A stretch of 64,000 nucleotides of DNA. Source: Candidatus Omnitrophota bacterium. Its GTDB lineage: Bacteria > Omnitrophota > Gorgyraeia > Tantalellales > Tantalellaceae. The stretch covers positions 14,489 to 78,488 of the forward strand of contig JADGBR010000010.1 of assembly GCA_015231405.1 (NCBI GenBank), read 5' to 3'. Below the pieces are notes generated by a model. That model saw only the letters and a program-made list of their open reading frames with translations, was not told the origin of the DNA and searched no databases. Shown here in pieces: positions 8,533 through 18,903 of this stretch. Position 1 is the stretch's first letter. Each line of letters begins with the position of its first letter. The translations under genes were made by a program, and so were the position numbers.

Positions 8533-9797
8533 TACTTCTCCTTTTTGAATTTCAGGATTTCCTCGGTCCGCTTTATCGAACAGAGATCCTCGCACATGGA
8601 ACAAACATCCTCTTCGCTGGGATTCGTCCTTTTCCTGACCATGAATGGCAGCTCAGGGTCTATCGCAAGCCTGAACTGCTCTTTCCAGTCCCTTCTTGCC
8701 CTGGCCTTTGATATATTGATATCCCGGTCTAACGCGGACTTTACCCCCTTAGCGATGTCGGCCGCATGGGCCGCGATCCTCGCCGCTATCACGCCCTGTT
8801 TTACCTCACCAAGGTCCGGCAAACCGAGGTGTTCGGCGGGCGTTACATAACAAATGAAATCCGCGCCGTGCCAGGCCGCTATGGCACCTCCGATAGCGGA
8901 AACAATATGGTCGTAGCCCGGCGCAATATCAGTCACAAGCGGACCAAGTACATAGAACGGGGCCCCGTGACAAATGAGTTTTTCGAGTTTAACGTTGGCC
9001 TCTATCTGATCGAGCGGCATATGCCCCGGGCCCTCTATCATGACCTGAACCCCGGATCCGAGAGCTCTTTTTTGAAGGTCTCCCAAAACCAGAAGTTCCG
9101 ATATCTGGAGATGATCCGTAGCGTCCCGGACCGACCCCGGCCTCAAACTATCGCCTAAACTTAAGGTCACGTTATACTTTTTGAGTATCTTGAGCACATC
9201 ATCATAACGGGTAAAGTAGGGATTCTCCTTGTTGTTCATATACATCCAGGAGGCCAAGAGAGCCCCCCCCCGGCTGACAATGTTCATGATCCTGGGATTA
9301 TCCATGGCGTATTTCACTGCCTCGAGCGTTATGCCTGCATGTATGGTAAAGAAATCGACTCCTTCTTCGGCCTGCCCCTCAAGGATCTCTATGAAATCTT
9401 TTTCTCTGAGGGATTTAAAATCCCTATTGTCGCCGCAGGCCAGCTCATATACAGGTACTGTCCCGACCGGAACTGGCGAGTTTTCCAGTATCTTCTTTCT
9501 AACTTTATTCAGTAACGCTCCGGTCGAAAGGTCCATAATAGCGTCCGCTCCCGCTCCGATCGCTACCTCCATTTTTTTCAACTCTTCGTCCATCCCTGAA
9601 TGGCCTTTTGAAAGCCCGATATTCGCGTTAACCTTGGTCTTCAACCCTTCCCCTACCGCCATGGGACGATCGATCTTCCTCTTCAAGTTACAGGGTATGA
9701 CCACCCGGCCCTCCGAGACTTTCTTCTTAAGGACATCAGGCTCAACACCTTCCGTTAAGCATATGGCTTTAATAATTTCGCTGTTTATCTTCATCAT
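8532..9797 (-). CDS. thiC: Phosphomethylpyrimidine synthase ThiC (short form)
   Basis: KVNANIG, DAIMDLSTG, GTVPVY, VSRGG, EGPGH, EHLGLP, CSMC-x3-C. Confidence 0.93.
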   Translation of the reverse strand: MMKINSEIIKAICLTEGVEPDVLKKKVSEGRVVIPCNLKRKIDRPMAVGEGLKTKVNANIGLSKGHSGMDEELKKMEVAIGAGADAIMDLSTGALLNKVRKKILENSPVPVGTVPVYELACGDNRDFKSLREKDFIEILEGQAEEGVDFFTIHAGITLEAVKYAMDNPRIMNIVSRGGALLASWMYMNNKENPYFTRYDDVLKILKKYNVTLSLGDSLRPGSVRDATDHLQISELLVLGDLQKRALGSGVQVMIEGPGHMPLDQIEANVKLEKLICHGAPFYVLGPLVTDIAPGYDHIVSAIGGAIAAWHGADFICYVTPAEHLGLPDLGEVKQGVIAARIAAHAADIAKGVKSALDRDINISKARARRDWKEQFRLAIDPELPFMVRKRTNPSEEDVCSMCEDLCSIKRTEEILKFKKEK

Positions 9798-10231
9798 TTA
9801 TGGAGGTCCCTGACCGCGGTCTTTTCTATGGAATATAAACTGAACCTGAATTTCTTGAATTGCTCCGAAAGCCGGCCGTCGAAAAGCTTCAGCACTTCCT
9901 CCAGCACGCGCAGTGATTCCTTACCCCTCTGGCTGTTGGCAAGGAATAAATCCACCAGGCCCTTTCTCTTTTTTTCGGACACTATACTTTTCTTCCCGAT
10001 ATCCATATGGACATCCCTCGAAGAAACAAGCTCTTCAAGATGATCCTCACGCAGCTTCTTGATCGCCGAGTATACGGAATGCCTTAAGGATTTCAATTTT
10101 GCCGTGCCCTTAGCGTCATCGGCCGAAAAACGGAGTATATCCTCGCAAACCCTCATACCTTCCATGACCCTGTTAAAATTTGCGTCTATTATCCTGTATA
10201 CGCCTTTATCTACAACTTTATCCACAACCAT
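9794..10231 (-). CDS. Stand-alone ThiD2-type HMP-phosphate kinase domain
   Basis: RIIDANFNRVMEGMRVCEDILRF...ANSQRGKESLRVLEE...RFSLYSIEK; coupled to thiC. Confidence 0.8.
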   Translation of the reverse strand: MVVDKVVDKGVYRIIDANFNRVMEGMRVCEDILRFSADDAKGTAKLKSLRHSVYSAIKKLREDHLEELVSSRDVHMDIGKKSIVSEKKRKGLVDLFLANSQRGKESLRVLEEVLKLFDGRLSEQFKKFRFSLYSIEKTAVRDLHK

Positions 10232-10261
10232 ATCCTTTTACGCCTTGCCGCAAATCCGGGG

Positions 10262-10732
10262 CTACTCCCTCATCTTTTGAATGATCCCCGTAGTCGAGTA
10301 CCCGTCCACATAGGGAACAATAACAACATCGCCTCCGTTCTCTTTGACATAACCTGACCCCACGACGGTTCCGGATGTCCAGTCTCCGCCCTTAAAAAGA
10401 ATGTCTGGGGTTATAGCCTTTATAAGTTCAAGGGGCGTATCTTCAACGAATATCACGACAAAGTCAACGCATTCCAGGGCCGCCAAAACCCGCGCCCTTG
10501 CCGATTCGTTATTTATAGGCCGTTCCGGACCCTTCAGGCGTTTTACCGATGCGTCGCTGTTGACCCCCACCACAAGTTTGCCGCATTTTTCACGCGCGCC
10601 GGCAAGATACGTAACATGCCCGACATGTAAAATATCAAAACAGCCGTTAGTGAAACCGACTGACACGCCATTGACTTTTAAAGCCTTGACGAGCCCGGCA
10701 AGTTCCTCGCGTGTTTTAATTTTTGACGTCAT
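10262..10732 (-). CDS. rfaE2: D-glycero-beta-D-manno-heptose 1-phosphate adenylyltransferase
   Basis: FTNGCFDILHVGH, GVNSDASVKRLKGPERP, KGGDW, STT. Confidence 0.93.
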   Translation of the reverse strand: MTSKIKTREELAGLVKALKVNGVSVGFTNGCFDILHVGHVTYLAGAREKCGKLVVGVNSDASVKRLKGPERPINNESARARVLAALECVDFVVIFVEDTPLELIKAITPDILFKGGDWTSGTVVGSGYVKENGGDVVIVPYVDGYSTTGIIQKMRE

Positions 10733-10742
10733 AAAAAAGAGA

Positions 10743-11315
10743 TCACACGAATTTATCGTCGATCAGCCGGCACAAAGCGTGTATAACAATAATGTGGACT
10801 TCCTGTATTCTCGCCGTAACAGAAGATCTGACAAGGATCGAGAGGTCCGCGATATCCTTAAGTTCGCCTCCGTCCTTTCCGGTCAGAGCTATGACCGTCA
10901 TCCCGGCCTTTCGGGCGGTTTTGACCGCACCTATCACGTTCGGGGAATTACCGCTCGTCGAAATGGCAAGGACCGCGTCCCCTTTTACACCGAGGGCCTC
11001 GACCTGGCGGCTGAAAACACGGTCGAAGGAATAGTCGTTTGACATGGCCGTAAGATTGGAAGAGTTAGCCGAAAGGGCTATACAGGGAAGGGGCCTTCTT
11101 TCTTTCTCGAACCTCACCACAAGCTCAGCCGCGAAATGCTCCGAGTCACCAGCGCTCCCGCCGTTGCCCAAGGTCAATATCTTATTCCCGGCTTTAAGAC
11201 ACTTCACCATGATGTCAGCCGCCCTTAAAACTGAAGACATGGCTCCATCTTCCAGCATGAAAGCCGTGGACACCGCAACACTTTCTCTGAATATGTCCTT
11301 TATCTGGCTGTCCAT
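10743..11315 (-). CDS. gmhA: Phosphoheptose isomerase
   Basis: GNGGSAGDSEHFAAEL, NDYSF, ISTSGNSPN, ARIQEVH. Confidence 0.93.
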   Translation of the reverse strand: MDSQIKDIFRESVAVSTAFMLEDGAMSSVLRAADIMVKCLKAGNKILTLGNGGSAGDSEHFAAELVVRFEKERRPLPCIALSANSSNLTAMSNDYSFDRVFSRQVEALGVKGDAVLAISTSGNSPNVIGAVKTARKAGMTVIALTGKDGGELKDIADLSILVRSSVTARIQEVHIIVIHALCRLIDDKFV

Positions 11316-11340
11316 ATGTTGTCTAATAACCCTTGATCAT

Positions 11341-11425
11341 AGAATATAGGATCCAGAATAAAGCAACAATAAGACATTCCATAATTCCATAATTCCGTAT
11401 TCTGGATTCTATATTCTGCATTCTG
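11341..11425. repeat. Heptamer-based (TATTCTG-like) 20-bp inverted repeat
   Basis: Arms 11341-11360 and 11398-11417, one mismatch. Confidence 0.8.
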
Positions 11426-11441
11426 TCTACAAATCCCGGCG

Positions 11442-12041
11442 CTAATACCTGTATGGTATCTCCGGGACTTCTTCCGAGTTTATCCCGTCGCGGGAATCCT
11501 TGGGACTAAGACTCCCCGTGATCTTACTGACCCGTATCATGAGATCGATGCTGCCTTCAAGGCCAAGCATCCCCTGGACCTTTCTCGTTACCCCGGACTG
11601 TATCTTCTCGGACACGTCAGGTATCCTTGTTCCGGCTCTCAAAACTACGTCGCTGACTATTTTCAGGCCTTTCCTTTTCAACCGTACCTTTGAACGTATC
11701 GTGCTGATCTCCGGAATATTTTTCGCGACTTTCTGGATATATTCCTCGACCGCGTAAACAGACACTATGACCTCACCGCCTGGATTTTTTAAAGTGATGA
11801 ACTTATCGGCCCTCATACCGGTCATTAGGCGGAAAGAAAGGACAACGCCCATAAGGATCAAAAGCGACCCAGCCAGATAAAGCGCGGCTTGTCCCTCTAC
11901 CCTCTCCGTAAAGATCCCGAACAGCTCGTTCCAAAGGTTTATCGAGATCTTCCCGCAGGAAAGGAGAACGAACGACGTCCCGGTCGCCACCATCACGCAC
12001 ATGAACACTAAAATGAATAACCTTTTTACGAACAGCATCAC
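11442..12041 (-). CDS. amaP: AmaP/Asp23-like alkaline shock response membrane anchor protein
   Basis: Two TM helices then GEVIVSVYAVEEY...IPDVSEKIQSGVTRKV...IRVSKI; downstream of accC. Confidence 0.7.
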   Translation of the reverse strand: MMLFVKRLFILVFMCVMVATGTSFVLLSCGKISINLWNELFGIFTERVEGQAALYLAGSLLILMGVVLSFRLMTGMRADKFITLKNPGGEVIVSVYAVEEYIQKVAKNIPEISTIRSKVRLKRKGLKIVSDVVLRAGTRIPDVSEKIQSGVTRKVQGMLGLEGSIDLMIRVSKITGSLSPKDSRDGINSEEVPEIPYRY

Positions 12042-12071
12042 GCTTCCTCCCCTAAGGGTCCAAGACCGAAC

Positions 12072-13421
12072 CTACACTTCGGTCTTGGGATAGAATTTTT
12101 CGACATAGTGCGTCGATATATCCCCATTCCTGAAATCAGTATCCTGGAGAACTCTTCTGTGAAAATCTATAGTGGTCTTTATCGGTGCTATGACAAACTC
12201 ATCAAGGGCCCGGAGCATTATATCGATGGCGTGGTCCCTCGTGTCAGAGAATGTTATAAGCTTTGCTATCATGGAATCATAATACGGGTTGATCCTGTAC
12301 CCGGGATAGACATGCGTATCTACCCTGACACCCAACCCTCCGGGAACATATAAAGATGTGATCTCCCCGGGACAGGGACAAAAATTATTGTCGGGGTCCT
12401 CGGCGTTGATCCGGCACTCGATGGAACTGCCCCTGAATTTAACGTCCTCCTGCTTGAACGGCAGTTTGGCCCCGGCGGCTATCTTTATCTGCTCTTTGAC
12501 TATATCTATCCCGGTAACCATTTCCGTCACCGGATGCTCTACCTGTATCCTGGTATTCATCTCCATGAAATAAAAGTTATTTCCGTCCACGAGGAATTCT
12601 ATGGTCCCCGCGCCCTGATAACCCACCACCTTAGCGCCTTCAACAGCCGCTTCGCCCATTTTCTTCCGCATAGTTTCAGAAAGGGCCTTGGACGGCGACT
12701 CCTCTATCAGCTTCTGGTGCCTTCTCTGTACTGTGCAATCCCTTTCCCCCAGGTGCACGACGTTCCCTTTCTCGTCGGCGAGGATCTGGAATTCTATATG
12801 CCGCGGCTGGTCGATATATTTTTCCATGTAAACGTCAGGGTTCCCGAAAGCCGCATCGGCCTCGCTTTGGGCTGTTAAAAAGGCACTGACAAGACGGACG
12901 TCGTTATGGCAAACCCTCATCCCCTTACCGCCACCGCCCGCGGAGGCCTTGATAATAACCGGATATTTTATCCTTTTAGCTTCTTTTAGCGCTTCTTCTT
13001 TCGACTTTATGATCCCCTTAGAACCGGGAGTGACCGGTATCCCGGCCTTTTCCATGGTATCTTTAGCGGTCATTTTATCGCCCATCATCCGCATATTCTC
13101 GGGGGTCGGACCGATGAACTTGATGTTGCAGGAACCGCATATCTCCGCGAAATGATCGTTCTCGGCAAGGAACCCGTATCCCGGGTGGATGGCCTCCACA
13201 TCGGTGATCTCGGCGGCGCTTATAATATTCGGTATATTGAGATAACTTTCAGACGCAGGGGCTTTCCCGATGCAGATAGCCTCATCCGCGAACCTGACAT
13301 GAAGAGACGACTCATCGGCTTCGGAATGCACCGCTACCGTCCTTATCCCGAGCTCCTTACAGGCCCGTATGACCCTTAAAGCTATCTCACCTCTATTTGC
13401 TATTAAGATCTTTTTGAACAT
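12072..13421 (-). CDS. accC: Acetyl-CoA carboxylase biotin carboxylase
   Basis: [39 protein letters not shown]. Confidence 0.98.
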   Translation of the reverse strand: MFKKILIANRGEIALRVIRACKELGIRTVAVHSEADESSLHVRFADEAICIGKAPASESYLNIPNIISAAEITDVEAIHPGYGFLAENDHFAEICGSCNIKFIGPTPENMRMMGDKMTAKDTMEKAGIPVTPGSKGIIKSKEEALKEAKRIKYPVIIKASAGGGGKGMRVCHNDVRLVSAFLTAQSEADAAFGNPDVYMEKYIDQPRHIEFQILADEKGNVVHLGERDCTVQRRHQKLIEESPSKALSETMRKKMGEAAVEGAKVVGYQGAGTIEFLVDGNNFYFMEMNTRIQVEHPVTEMVTGIDIVKEQIKIAAGAKLPFKQEDVKFRGSSIECRINAEDPDNNFCPCPGEITSLYVPGGLGVRVDTHVYPGYRINPYYDSMIAKLITFSDTRDHAIDIMLRALDEFVIAPIKTTIDFHRRVLQDTDFRNGDISTHYVEKFYPKTEV

Positions 13422-13429
13422 GTTCTCCC

Positions 13430-13885
13430 TTAAAGCGGCTCTATCTGGAAAAGCGCCTGCCCAAACTCGACGGGCTCGGCGTTCTCCGAAAGGATATTGA
13501 CGATCTTACCGTCAACCTCTGATTTAACCTCGTTCATGAGCTTCATAGCCTCAATTATGCAAATGACATCTCCTTTGTGGATGACATCACCGACCCTGAC
13601 ATAAGGGTCCGCCTCCGGCGACGGCGCCCTGTAAAAAGTTCCAACCATCGGGGCTTTGATCTCCGCGAGATTTGACGGCGCCTTATCGGCCTTACCCTGC
13701 GACGCTGCCGGCGCTGTCTGGAATTCGCGATGCGAAACGACGGGACCGGGAATCATCGTTTGTTCCACGACACCGTATGGCCTCTTTATGAACTTCACCT
13801 TGAGACCTTCCTGCTCGAGCTCCATCTCGTTAAGCCCGTAATCTGTCATCAACTGGATAAGTTCCTGGATACGTTTTGTATTCAT
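13430..13885 (-). CDS. accB: Biotin carboxyl carrier protein
   Basis: [21 protein letters not shown]. Confidence 0.97.
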   Translation of the reverse strand: MNTKRIQELIQLMTDYGLNEMELEQEGLKVKFIKRPYGVVEQTMIPGPVVSHREFQTAPAASQGKADKAPSNLAEIKAPMVGTFYRAPSPEADPYVRVGDVIHKGDVICIIEAMKLMNEVKSEVDGKIVNILSENAEPVEFGQALFQIEPL

Positions 13886-13901
13886 CCGGCTCCTCCGTTA
13901 A

Positions 13902-14459
13902 TTACGCCCTTTCGATATACTCATCTTTGCGCGTATCTATCCTTATGAGATCACCCTGCTCCACAAAGAGGGGTACCTTTATTACTTTACCGGTCTCGAG
14001 AGTGGCGGGTTTCGTCGCGCCGCTTACAGTATTACCCTTGAAACCTGGCTCAGTCAGAACAACTTTCATTATCACATGTATCGGGACAGTTACGGTCAGT
14101 ATCTCCCCGTTGTAAATATTAGCCTGTATAGTGGTGTTATCCTGGAGATAATCCTTGGCGTCGCCTATTTTCTCCGGCGATATATGCATCTGCTCGTAAG
14201 TGGCCTCATCCATAAAACAATACCCCAAGTCGTCCTTGTAAAGATACTGCATCATTTTCTGATCGATATAGACATCCTCGAAAGTATCGTCCGGACGGAG
14301 GGTCTCGGTAATGATCGATCCGGAATTGAGGTTCCTCATTTTAGCCTTAACGAAAGCTCCGCCTTTGCCGGGTTTAAAATGGGAAGCGTCGATGATCTCA
14401 TGGAGTAGATTGTTGTATTTGATTATCGTCCCTTTGTTAAGTTGTTTAGCCGTTAACAT
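13902..14459 (-). CDS. efp: Elongation factor P
   Basis: KPGKGGAFV, KPATLETG, VPLFVEQGD, IDTR. Confidence 0.97.
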   Translation of the reverse strand: MLTAKQLNKGTIIKYNNLLHEIIDASHFKPGKGGAFVKAKMRNLNSGSIITETLRPDDTFEDVYIDQKMMQYLYKDDLGYCFMDEATYEQMHISPEKIGDAKDYLQDNTTIQANIYNGEILTVTVPIHVIMKVVLTEPGFKGNTVSGATKPATLETGKVIKVPLFVEQGDLIRIDTRKDEYIERA

Positions 14460-15505
14460 ACTGAAAGCACCTCACATCCTTTCTGGTTCACCAGCACCAT
14501 GTCCTCTATTCTTACACCGCCAAGGCCCGGCACATAAAGGCCCGGCTCTATCGTTATGACCATGTTATTTTTGAGAACGCTGTCGTTCACGCCCGAGATA
14601 AAAGGCCGCTCATGAACATCCATGCCCAGCCCGTGGCCCAACCCGTGCGCCACGTATTTACCGAAATTGTTATCTATGAAATATTTATGAGACCGTTTAA
14701 CGAGCGAGGAGATCTTTATACCTGGCTTGATCATTTTGATCGCTTCGTCATGAACATGTTTGACAGCGTCATAGAGAGCGCTAATTTCGCGTTTCATTCT
14801 ACCGTTCGATAAAACTCTTGTCAAGTCAGAACAGTAATTGCCGGCGACAAGCCCGAAATCCAGGATGAGATGATCGTTCTTTCGGTACACTTTAGAGCCG
14901 GGTATCGCGTGGGGAAAAGCGCTGTTGGAGCCGGCGGCTGCTATAGTCTTGAAGGAGTTCGTATACCCAATTTCCCTTATGCGGCTATCTATCATGTGCG
15001 CGACCTCGACCTCAGTCATGCCTGTGGCGATGTTCTTAACCGCGAATTTCCAAACGGCGGATGTCAGCTTCGCGGCTTTTTTTATTAGGGTTATCTCGCC
15101 GTCATCTTTGATCTCTCTAGTCCGCCCGATGGGCTCTGAAGCGTCCACGAAGTCTACGCGGGGGGCCTCACTTTTCACGTTCATGAAAATATCCAGGCTG
15201 AAACTACCGTAATCGATACCGAGTTTTTTTACGCGAGCGTTCCTTATCCAGTCAGACAAGAAAGCGGCCTTATCACTGGACATTACGACCTCGATCGGCT
15301 GAGCTTTCAGTTCAGACGCGGCCAGGGAATGGTTCATCGTGTCGATCAGATAGACAGTCCTCTTCCCCGGCGTGACGATCAACATCGCCTTTTCACAGAA
15401 AAAACCCGCGAGGTAGACGATATCGGTACTTTTAGTCAGCACAGCCGCGTGAAGACCGTGCGATTTCATAGCCCTGGCAAATTTACTTAAGCGTTCTCTA
15501 TACAT
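14453..15505 (-). CDS. Xaa-Pro peptidase (M24 family)
   Basis: [39 protein letters not shown]. Confidence 0.93.
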   Translation of the reverse strand: MYRERLSKFARAMKSHGLHAAVLTKSTDIVYLAGFFCEKAMLIVTPGKRTVYLIDTMNHSLAASELKAQPIEVVMSSDKAAFLSDWIRNARVKKLGIDYGSFSLDIFMNVKSEAPRVDFVDASEPIGRTREIKDDGEITLIKKAAKLTSAVWKFAVKNIATGMTEVEVAHMIDSRIREIGYTNSFKTIAAAGSNSAFPHAIPGSKVYRKNDHLILDFGLVAGNYCSDLTRVLSNGRMKREISALYDAVKHVHDEAIKMIKPGIKISSLVKRSHKYFIDNNFGKYVAHGLGHGLGMDVHERPFISGVNDSVLKNNMVITIEPGLYVPGLGGVRIEDMVLVNQKGCEVLSVC

Positions 15506-15939
15506 GATCTTTCCTTCAACATCATTCGAAGCGCATCAAAACCCAGCACATAGCTCTCCCTGCCGAACCCGCTTATCTGGCCTGTCACAACAGGCGCGAT
15601 CAAAGATTTGTGCCTGAATTCTTCCCTGGCGTAGATATTGGACAGATGGACTTCAACGGTCGGAAGTCTTTTAGCGGACAGGGCGTCCCTGATAGCGATA
15701 CTGGTATGGGTATACGCGGCTGGATTTATAAGGATCCCGGACGCGTCAGTATCGCGTATTTTGTCAACTATATCACCCTCGTGGTTAGACTGGAACGTCT
15801 CGATCCCTACACCGGTCTCTTTCGCCTTTGAGATAAGGACGCTATTGATATCGTCGATGGTCTCGGCGCCGTAAATATCCTTCTCCCTTTTCCCGAGGAG
15901 GTCAAGGTTCGGACCGTGAATAACTATTATCTTTTTCAT
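15487..15939 (-). CDS. aroQ: Type II 3-dehydroquinate dehydratase
   Basis: [42 protein letters not shown]; start at MKKII. Confidence 0.96.
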   Translation of the reverse strand: MKKIIVIHGPNLDLLGKREKDIYGAETIDDINSVLISKAKETGVGIETFQSNHEGDIVDKIRDTDASGILINPAAYTHTSIAIRDALSAKRLPTVEVHLSNIYAREEFRHKSLIAPVVTGQISGFGRESYVLGFDALRMMLKERSCIENA

Positions 15940-16112
15940 GTTCTCCCTTCCTTTCCGGGCAATATCGCCTCGTCTATCAGCATTACCGGTATATCGTCCT
16001 TGACCGGGTACTTCCTGCCGCATTTAACGCAGACTATGTATTCACCTCTAAGCTCAACATCGGTCTTACATAAAGGGCACGCTAGTATTTTCAGCAATTC
16101 CTGACTGATCAT
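15936..16112 (-). CDS. Trm112/YcaR-family zinc-ribbon protein (58 aa; absent from ORF track)
   Basis: Manual translation [16 protein letters not shown]...[22 protein letters not shown]; ATGA overlap with aroQ. Confidence 0.9.
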   Translation of the reverse strand: MISQELLKILACPLCKTDVELRGEYIVCVKCGRKYPVKDDIPVMLIDEAILPGKEGRT

Positions 16113-16163
16113 ATTTTCCCCTCCTCGGCATTTGAAATATTCGTTCCACCCGCGTCCTTCTTT

Positions 16164-17111
16164 TTACGCACTGTTACCCAATAAAAATATACTCCCCCCC
16201 CCAAGAAAACTGATGCAAATAAGCCCGAATAAGTGGAGTATGCTGGCCGCAAATGCCGCCTCCTTACCCACAAAAGGCGCGAAAAGGGCAACCATAGCCC
16301 CCTCCCTGACGCCTAACCCACCTATCGAAGGCACCATACTTATAAAAACAACGATAGGCATCAGCAGAAAGACCTGTCCCAGCCTTATGTCCGTCCCCAA
16401 TGCGACCAGAAAAAGATAGATCGCGTAAAAGAAAAGACACTGGTTAACGAACGATATAATGATAGCCTTCATGACAACATCAATGCGGTTGCGGTAATCA
16501 TGCACGATCTTATAAACGGAGTCCAGCTTATTCCCAAGGTCCCAGAGGCGAAAACGGACAAAAGTCTTTTCCATCAATTTCGCGATTCTCATGCTTGTCA
16601 CTGCCATAAAGATCAGGACGCCGACGGCTATTAACGAAAAAACGACAGGCCTTAACAAGGGGATCTGGGTCTTTCCCTTGTCAACAACGAGCGCTATACC
16701 CGCGAACAGCAGAAAAGAGTATAGACCTATTAACCTGTCCATAAGAACGCTGGCATAGGATCTTATGCGCTCCTCCTTGGATTTCACCGACAGATGGGCT
16801 TTCACAATATCCCCGCCTACTGAAGTCGGCATGAAATTATTAAAGAAATAACCCATCCAGGTCAACTCCAGCGACTCAATGAACGATAATGAAAGATTTT
16901 CTCCCTCAAATACAACTTTCATCCTGAGAGCCAGCCATACCGTCAATACAACGAAGATAGCCATAGCTACGCCTATGGTCTCCTTATTAGCCGCGGCCAG
17001 TACCATCTTTATCTCAGAAAAATCCTTCCTCAATATCCAGGCGAGAGCACCGAGAAGACCGAAACTCACCAACAACCTTAGGATCACCGACAACTTAGCA
17101 TTCTTCCCCAT
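16164..17111 (-). CDS. Lysylphosphatidylglycerol synthase TM/flippase-like membrane protein; C-terminus probably frameshifted at a G9 run
   Basis: GYFFNNFMPTSVGGD, DRLIG, PSIGGLGVREG; alternative C-terminus in frame ending 16109. Confidence 0.85.
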   Translation of the reverse strand: MGKNAKLSVILRLLVSFGLLGALAWILRKDFSEIKMVLAAANKETIGVAMAIFVVLTVWLALRMKVVFEGENLSLSFIESLELTWMGYFFNNFMPTSVGGDIVKAHLSVKSKEERIRSYASVLMDRLIGLYSFLLFAGIALVVDKGKTQIPLLRPVVFSLIAVGVLIFMAVTSMRIAKLMEKTFVRFRLWDLGNKLDSVYKIVHDYRNRIDVVMKAIIISFVNQCLFFYAIYLFLVALGTDIRLGQVFLLMPIVVFISMVPSIGGLGVREGAMVALFAPFVGKEAAFAASILHLFGLICISFLGGGSIFLLGNSA

Positions 17112-17150
17112 CTTTCTCCTGACGTTTAGCGGACCATAACGGGGCCGGGG

Positions 17151-17951
17151 TCAAGTTATGACCATTCCGGCATATCCTACCACCTCGGAAATATCCCCGG
17201 TCCGCGCGCCGCTATCGTCGTATTCTATCAGCCTGGCCCGGCAAGCTCCAAGAGCCTTTGCCGAAAACAACATGATAGCCGCGGGTATCACTCCGCACAT
17301 GGATATCTCCTTACCCACAACTGTTCTTATCAAGCCTTCCGGGTCGAGTTTCTCGATACACTCTATCGCGAGCTTATCTTTTTTTGAAGCGGATGCTCTC
17401 GATTCATAATGGCTCATATCGCTCGACGCGATAACGGCAATATCACGTCCAGTTTTAGCAGCCGCTTCGTTTATAGCCAAGGCGATATCCTCTAGCTCCG
17501 CTATCGAACCCATTTGCGCGCAGATGGCGACCATACGGGAGTCTTCAAACTTCGCCTTCAGGAACGGGAGCTGGACCTCTATGGAATGTTCCCTGGCATG
17601 AGCCTTTTCGTCGATCTCAAGTATATCCGAAATTCCGGACAAGATCTCTACGAATTCTGAGTCAGCCGTTAACGTGCCCAATGGAATACGCCATGACTCA
17701 GCGCTCAAGGCGAACCTCTTGCCGTTACCCGTGTGATTCGGACCTAATATAACAAATGTTTCTTTTTCTTCAAGCGAAGAGATCGTCCTGCCTGCGACGC
17801 CTCCCGAATAGATATACCCGGCATGGGGTGAAACCGCACCTTTCGCGTCGTATCCAGTCACCTGATGGGACATGAGTTCCTCGACCAGGGCGTACAACTC
17901 CGTCTTGCCTGATGGATAAAAACTTCCAGCGAATACCGGTTCTCTTGTCAT
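17151..17951 (-). CDS. amrB: AmmeMemoRadiSam system protein B (MEMO1 family)
   Basis: AGSFYP, PHAGYIYSG, GPNH, EHSIEVQLPF, SSDMSHY, SMCG, VVGYA. Confidence 0.93.
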   Translation of the reverse strand: MTREPVFAGSFYPSGKTELYALVEELMSHQVTGYDAKGAVSPHAGYIYSGGVAGRTISSLEEKETFVILGPNHTGNGKRFALSAESWRIPLGTLTADSEFVEILSGISDILEIDEKAHAREHSIEVQLPFLKAKFEDSRMVAICAQMGSIAELEDIALAINEAAAKTGRDIAVIASSDMSHYESRASASKKDKLAIECIEKLDPEGLIRTVVGKEISMCGVIPAAIMLFSAKALGACRARLIEYDDSGARTGDISEVVGYAGMVIT

Positions 17952-17978
17952 TATTTTCTTTCATCCGTTAAGATAGTA

Positions 17979-18007
17979 ATTATAGGAATAAAAGGGGATT
18001 TAGGCAA
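17979..18007 (-). promoter_or_regulatory. Putative sigma70 promoter of amrB operon
   Basis: TTGCCT-17 bp-TATAAT. Confidence 0.6.
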
Positions 18008-18074
18008 CTTGTATTTAGGCGGAACTAATAAATTATTTGCTTTGAAAGAAAAACCATGCTAAATTGCTCGGATC

Positions 18075-18341
18075 ATGAAAAGAATTATTCTGATCCTGAC
18101 CATACTGACCATCGGAGCACTGACATTTTCTGTTACTTGCAGGGTCTTTGACTCTTCTTTCGCCGATGCCACGATAGACTGGTTCGCTTTTCTTGCAGGT
18201 ATATTTCTTATTACCGAGGGTTTGTTCAAGATGCTTACCGACCGAAAAAAGATCCTATCGAATCAACTACTGCGCCTCTTTAGGATCATGATCGGCACCT
18301 GTGTTTTTACGATCCACCTTCTCCAGTTCATGCGCAAGTGA
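18075..18341 (+). CDS. Small hypothetical membrane protein (about 3 TM)
   Basis: Fills gap between divergent amrB and convergent pilin; promoter-like TTGCTT-17-TAAATT at 18037-18065. Confidence 0.65.
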   Translation: MKRIILILTILTIGALTFSVTCRVFDSSFADATIDWFAFLAGIFLITEGLFKMLTDRKKILSNQLLRLFRIMIGTCVFTIHLLQFMRK

Positions 18342-18387
18342 ACAAAAAACAGAACGGGGCGTTACGCTTTCGCATAACGCCCCGTTC
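18342..18387 (-). terminator. Intrinsic terminator of pilin gene
   Basis: 13-bp stem GAACGGGGCGTTA/TAACGCCCCGTTC followed by a T-rich tract on minus strand. Confidence 0.8.
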
Positions 18388-18407
18388 GATATAACCTGAC
18401 ACCTGAG

Positions 18408-18758
18408 CTATGACAACGTATGTGACGCAAAACTACCCACATTGGGACATGTCGGGTTGGTAGTATAACTTCCGATTGTATAAGAAGCCGTACCAGCCGG
18501 GCATTTGGGCTCTTTCTTGATATAAGAAGGCACCAGATCTGTCCAAGCCGCCGTTCCTGTATGTCCGTCAAGCCCCCATAGAGTCTTCGCGCCGTCGATC
18601 TGTTTCAGATTAGCTATACAAGCGTTCTGCTGTGCTTTTTCCCTGGCCTTTAAAAAGTTCGGGATAGCTACAGCCGCCAATAAACCTATAATTGCAACTA
18701 CTATCATTATTTCGACCAGCGTAAAACCCTGTTTACCTAACAGTTTTTTTATCTTCAT
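18408..18758 (-). CDS. Type IV pilin, probable major pilin
   Basis: Class III signal KQG|FTLVEIMIVVAIIGLLAAVAIP; own promoter and terminator; SD GGAGGTG. Confidence 0.92.
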   Translation of the reverse strand: MKIKKLLGKQGFTLVEIMIVVAIIGLLAAVAIPNFLKAREKAQQNACIANLKQIDGAKTLWGLDGHTGTAAWTDLVPSYIKKEPKCPAGTASYTIGSYTTNPTCPNVGSFASHTLS

Positions 18759-18825
18759 TTTTCTCACCTCCTTCACAATTTTGTTTGATATTCTTGAATT
18801 GCTTTCCTATCTCACATACATTTCA

Positions 18826-18854
18826 AGTATACCTGGTGTAAATGAAAAAGGCAA
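18826..18854 (-). promoter_or_regulatory. Putative sigma70 promoter of pilin
   Basis: TTGCCT-17 bp-TATACT. Confidence 0.6.
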
Positions 18855-18903
18855 ATTTAATGTCTCTTAATCTTTAGCTGGCTATTATATACTGCTAACA
18901 TTA

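Noticed and set aside
8532-9797. BzaA/B/F instead of ThiC
   Set aside because: Coupled to ThiD2 with no cobalamin genes adjacent; not formally excluded without a phylogeny.
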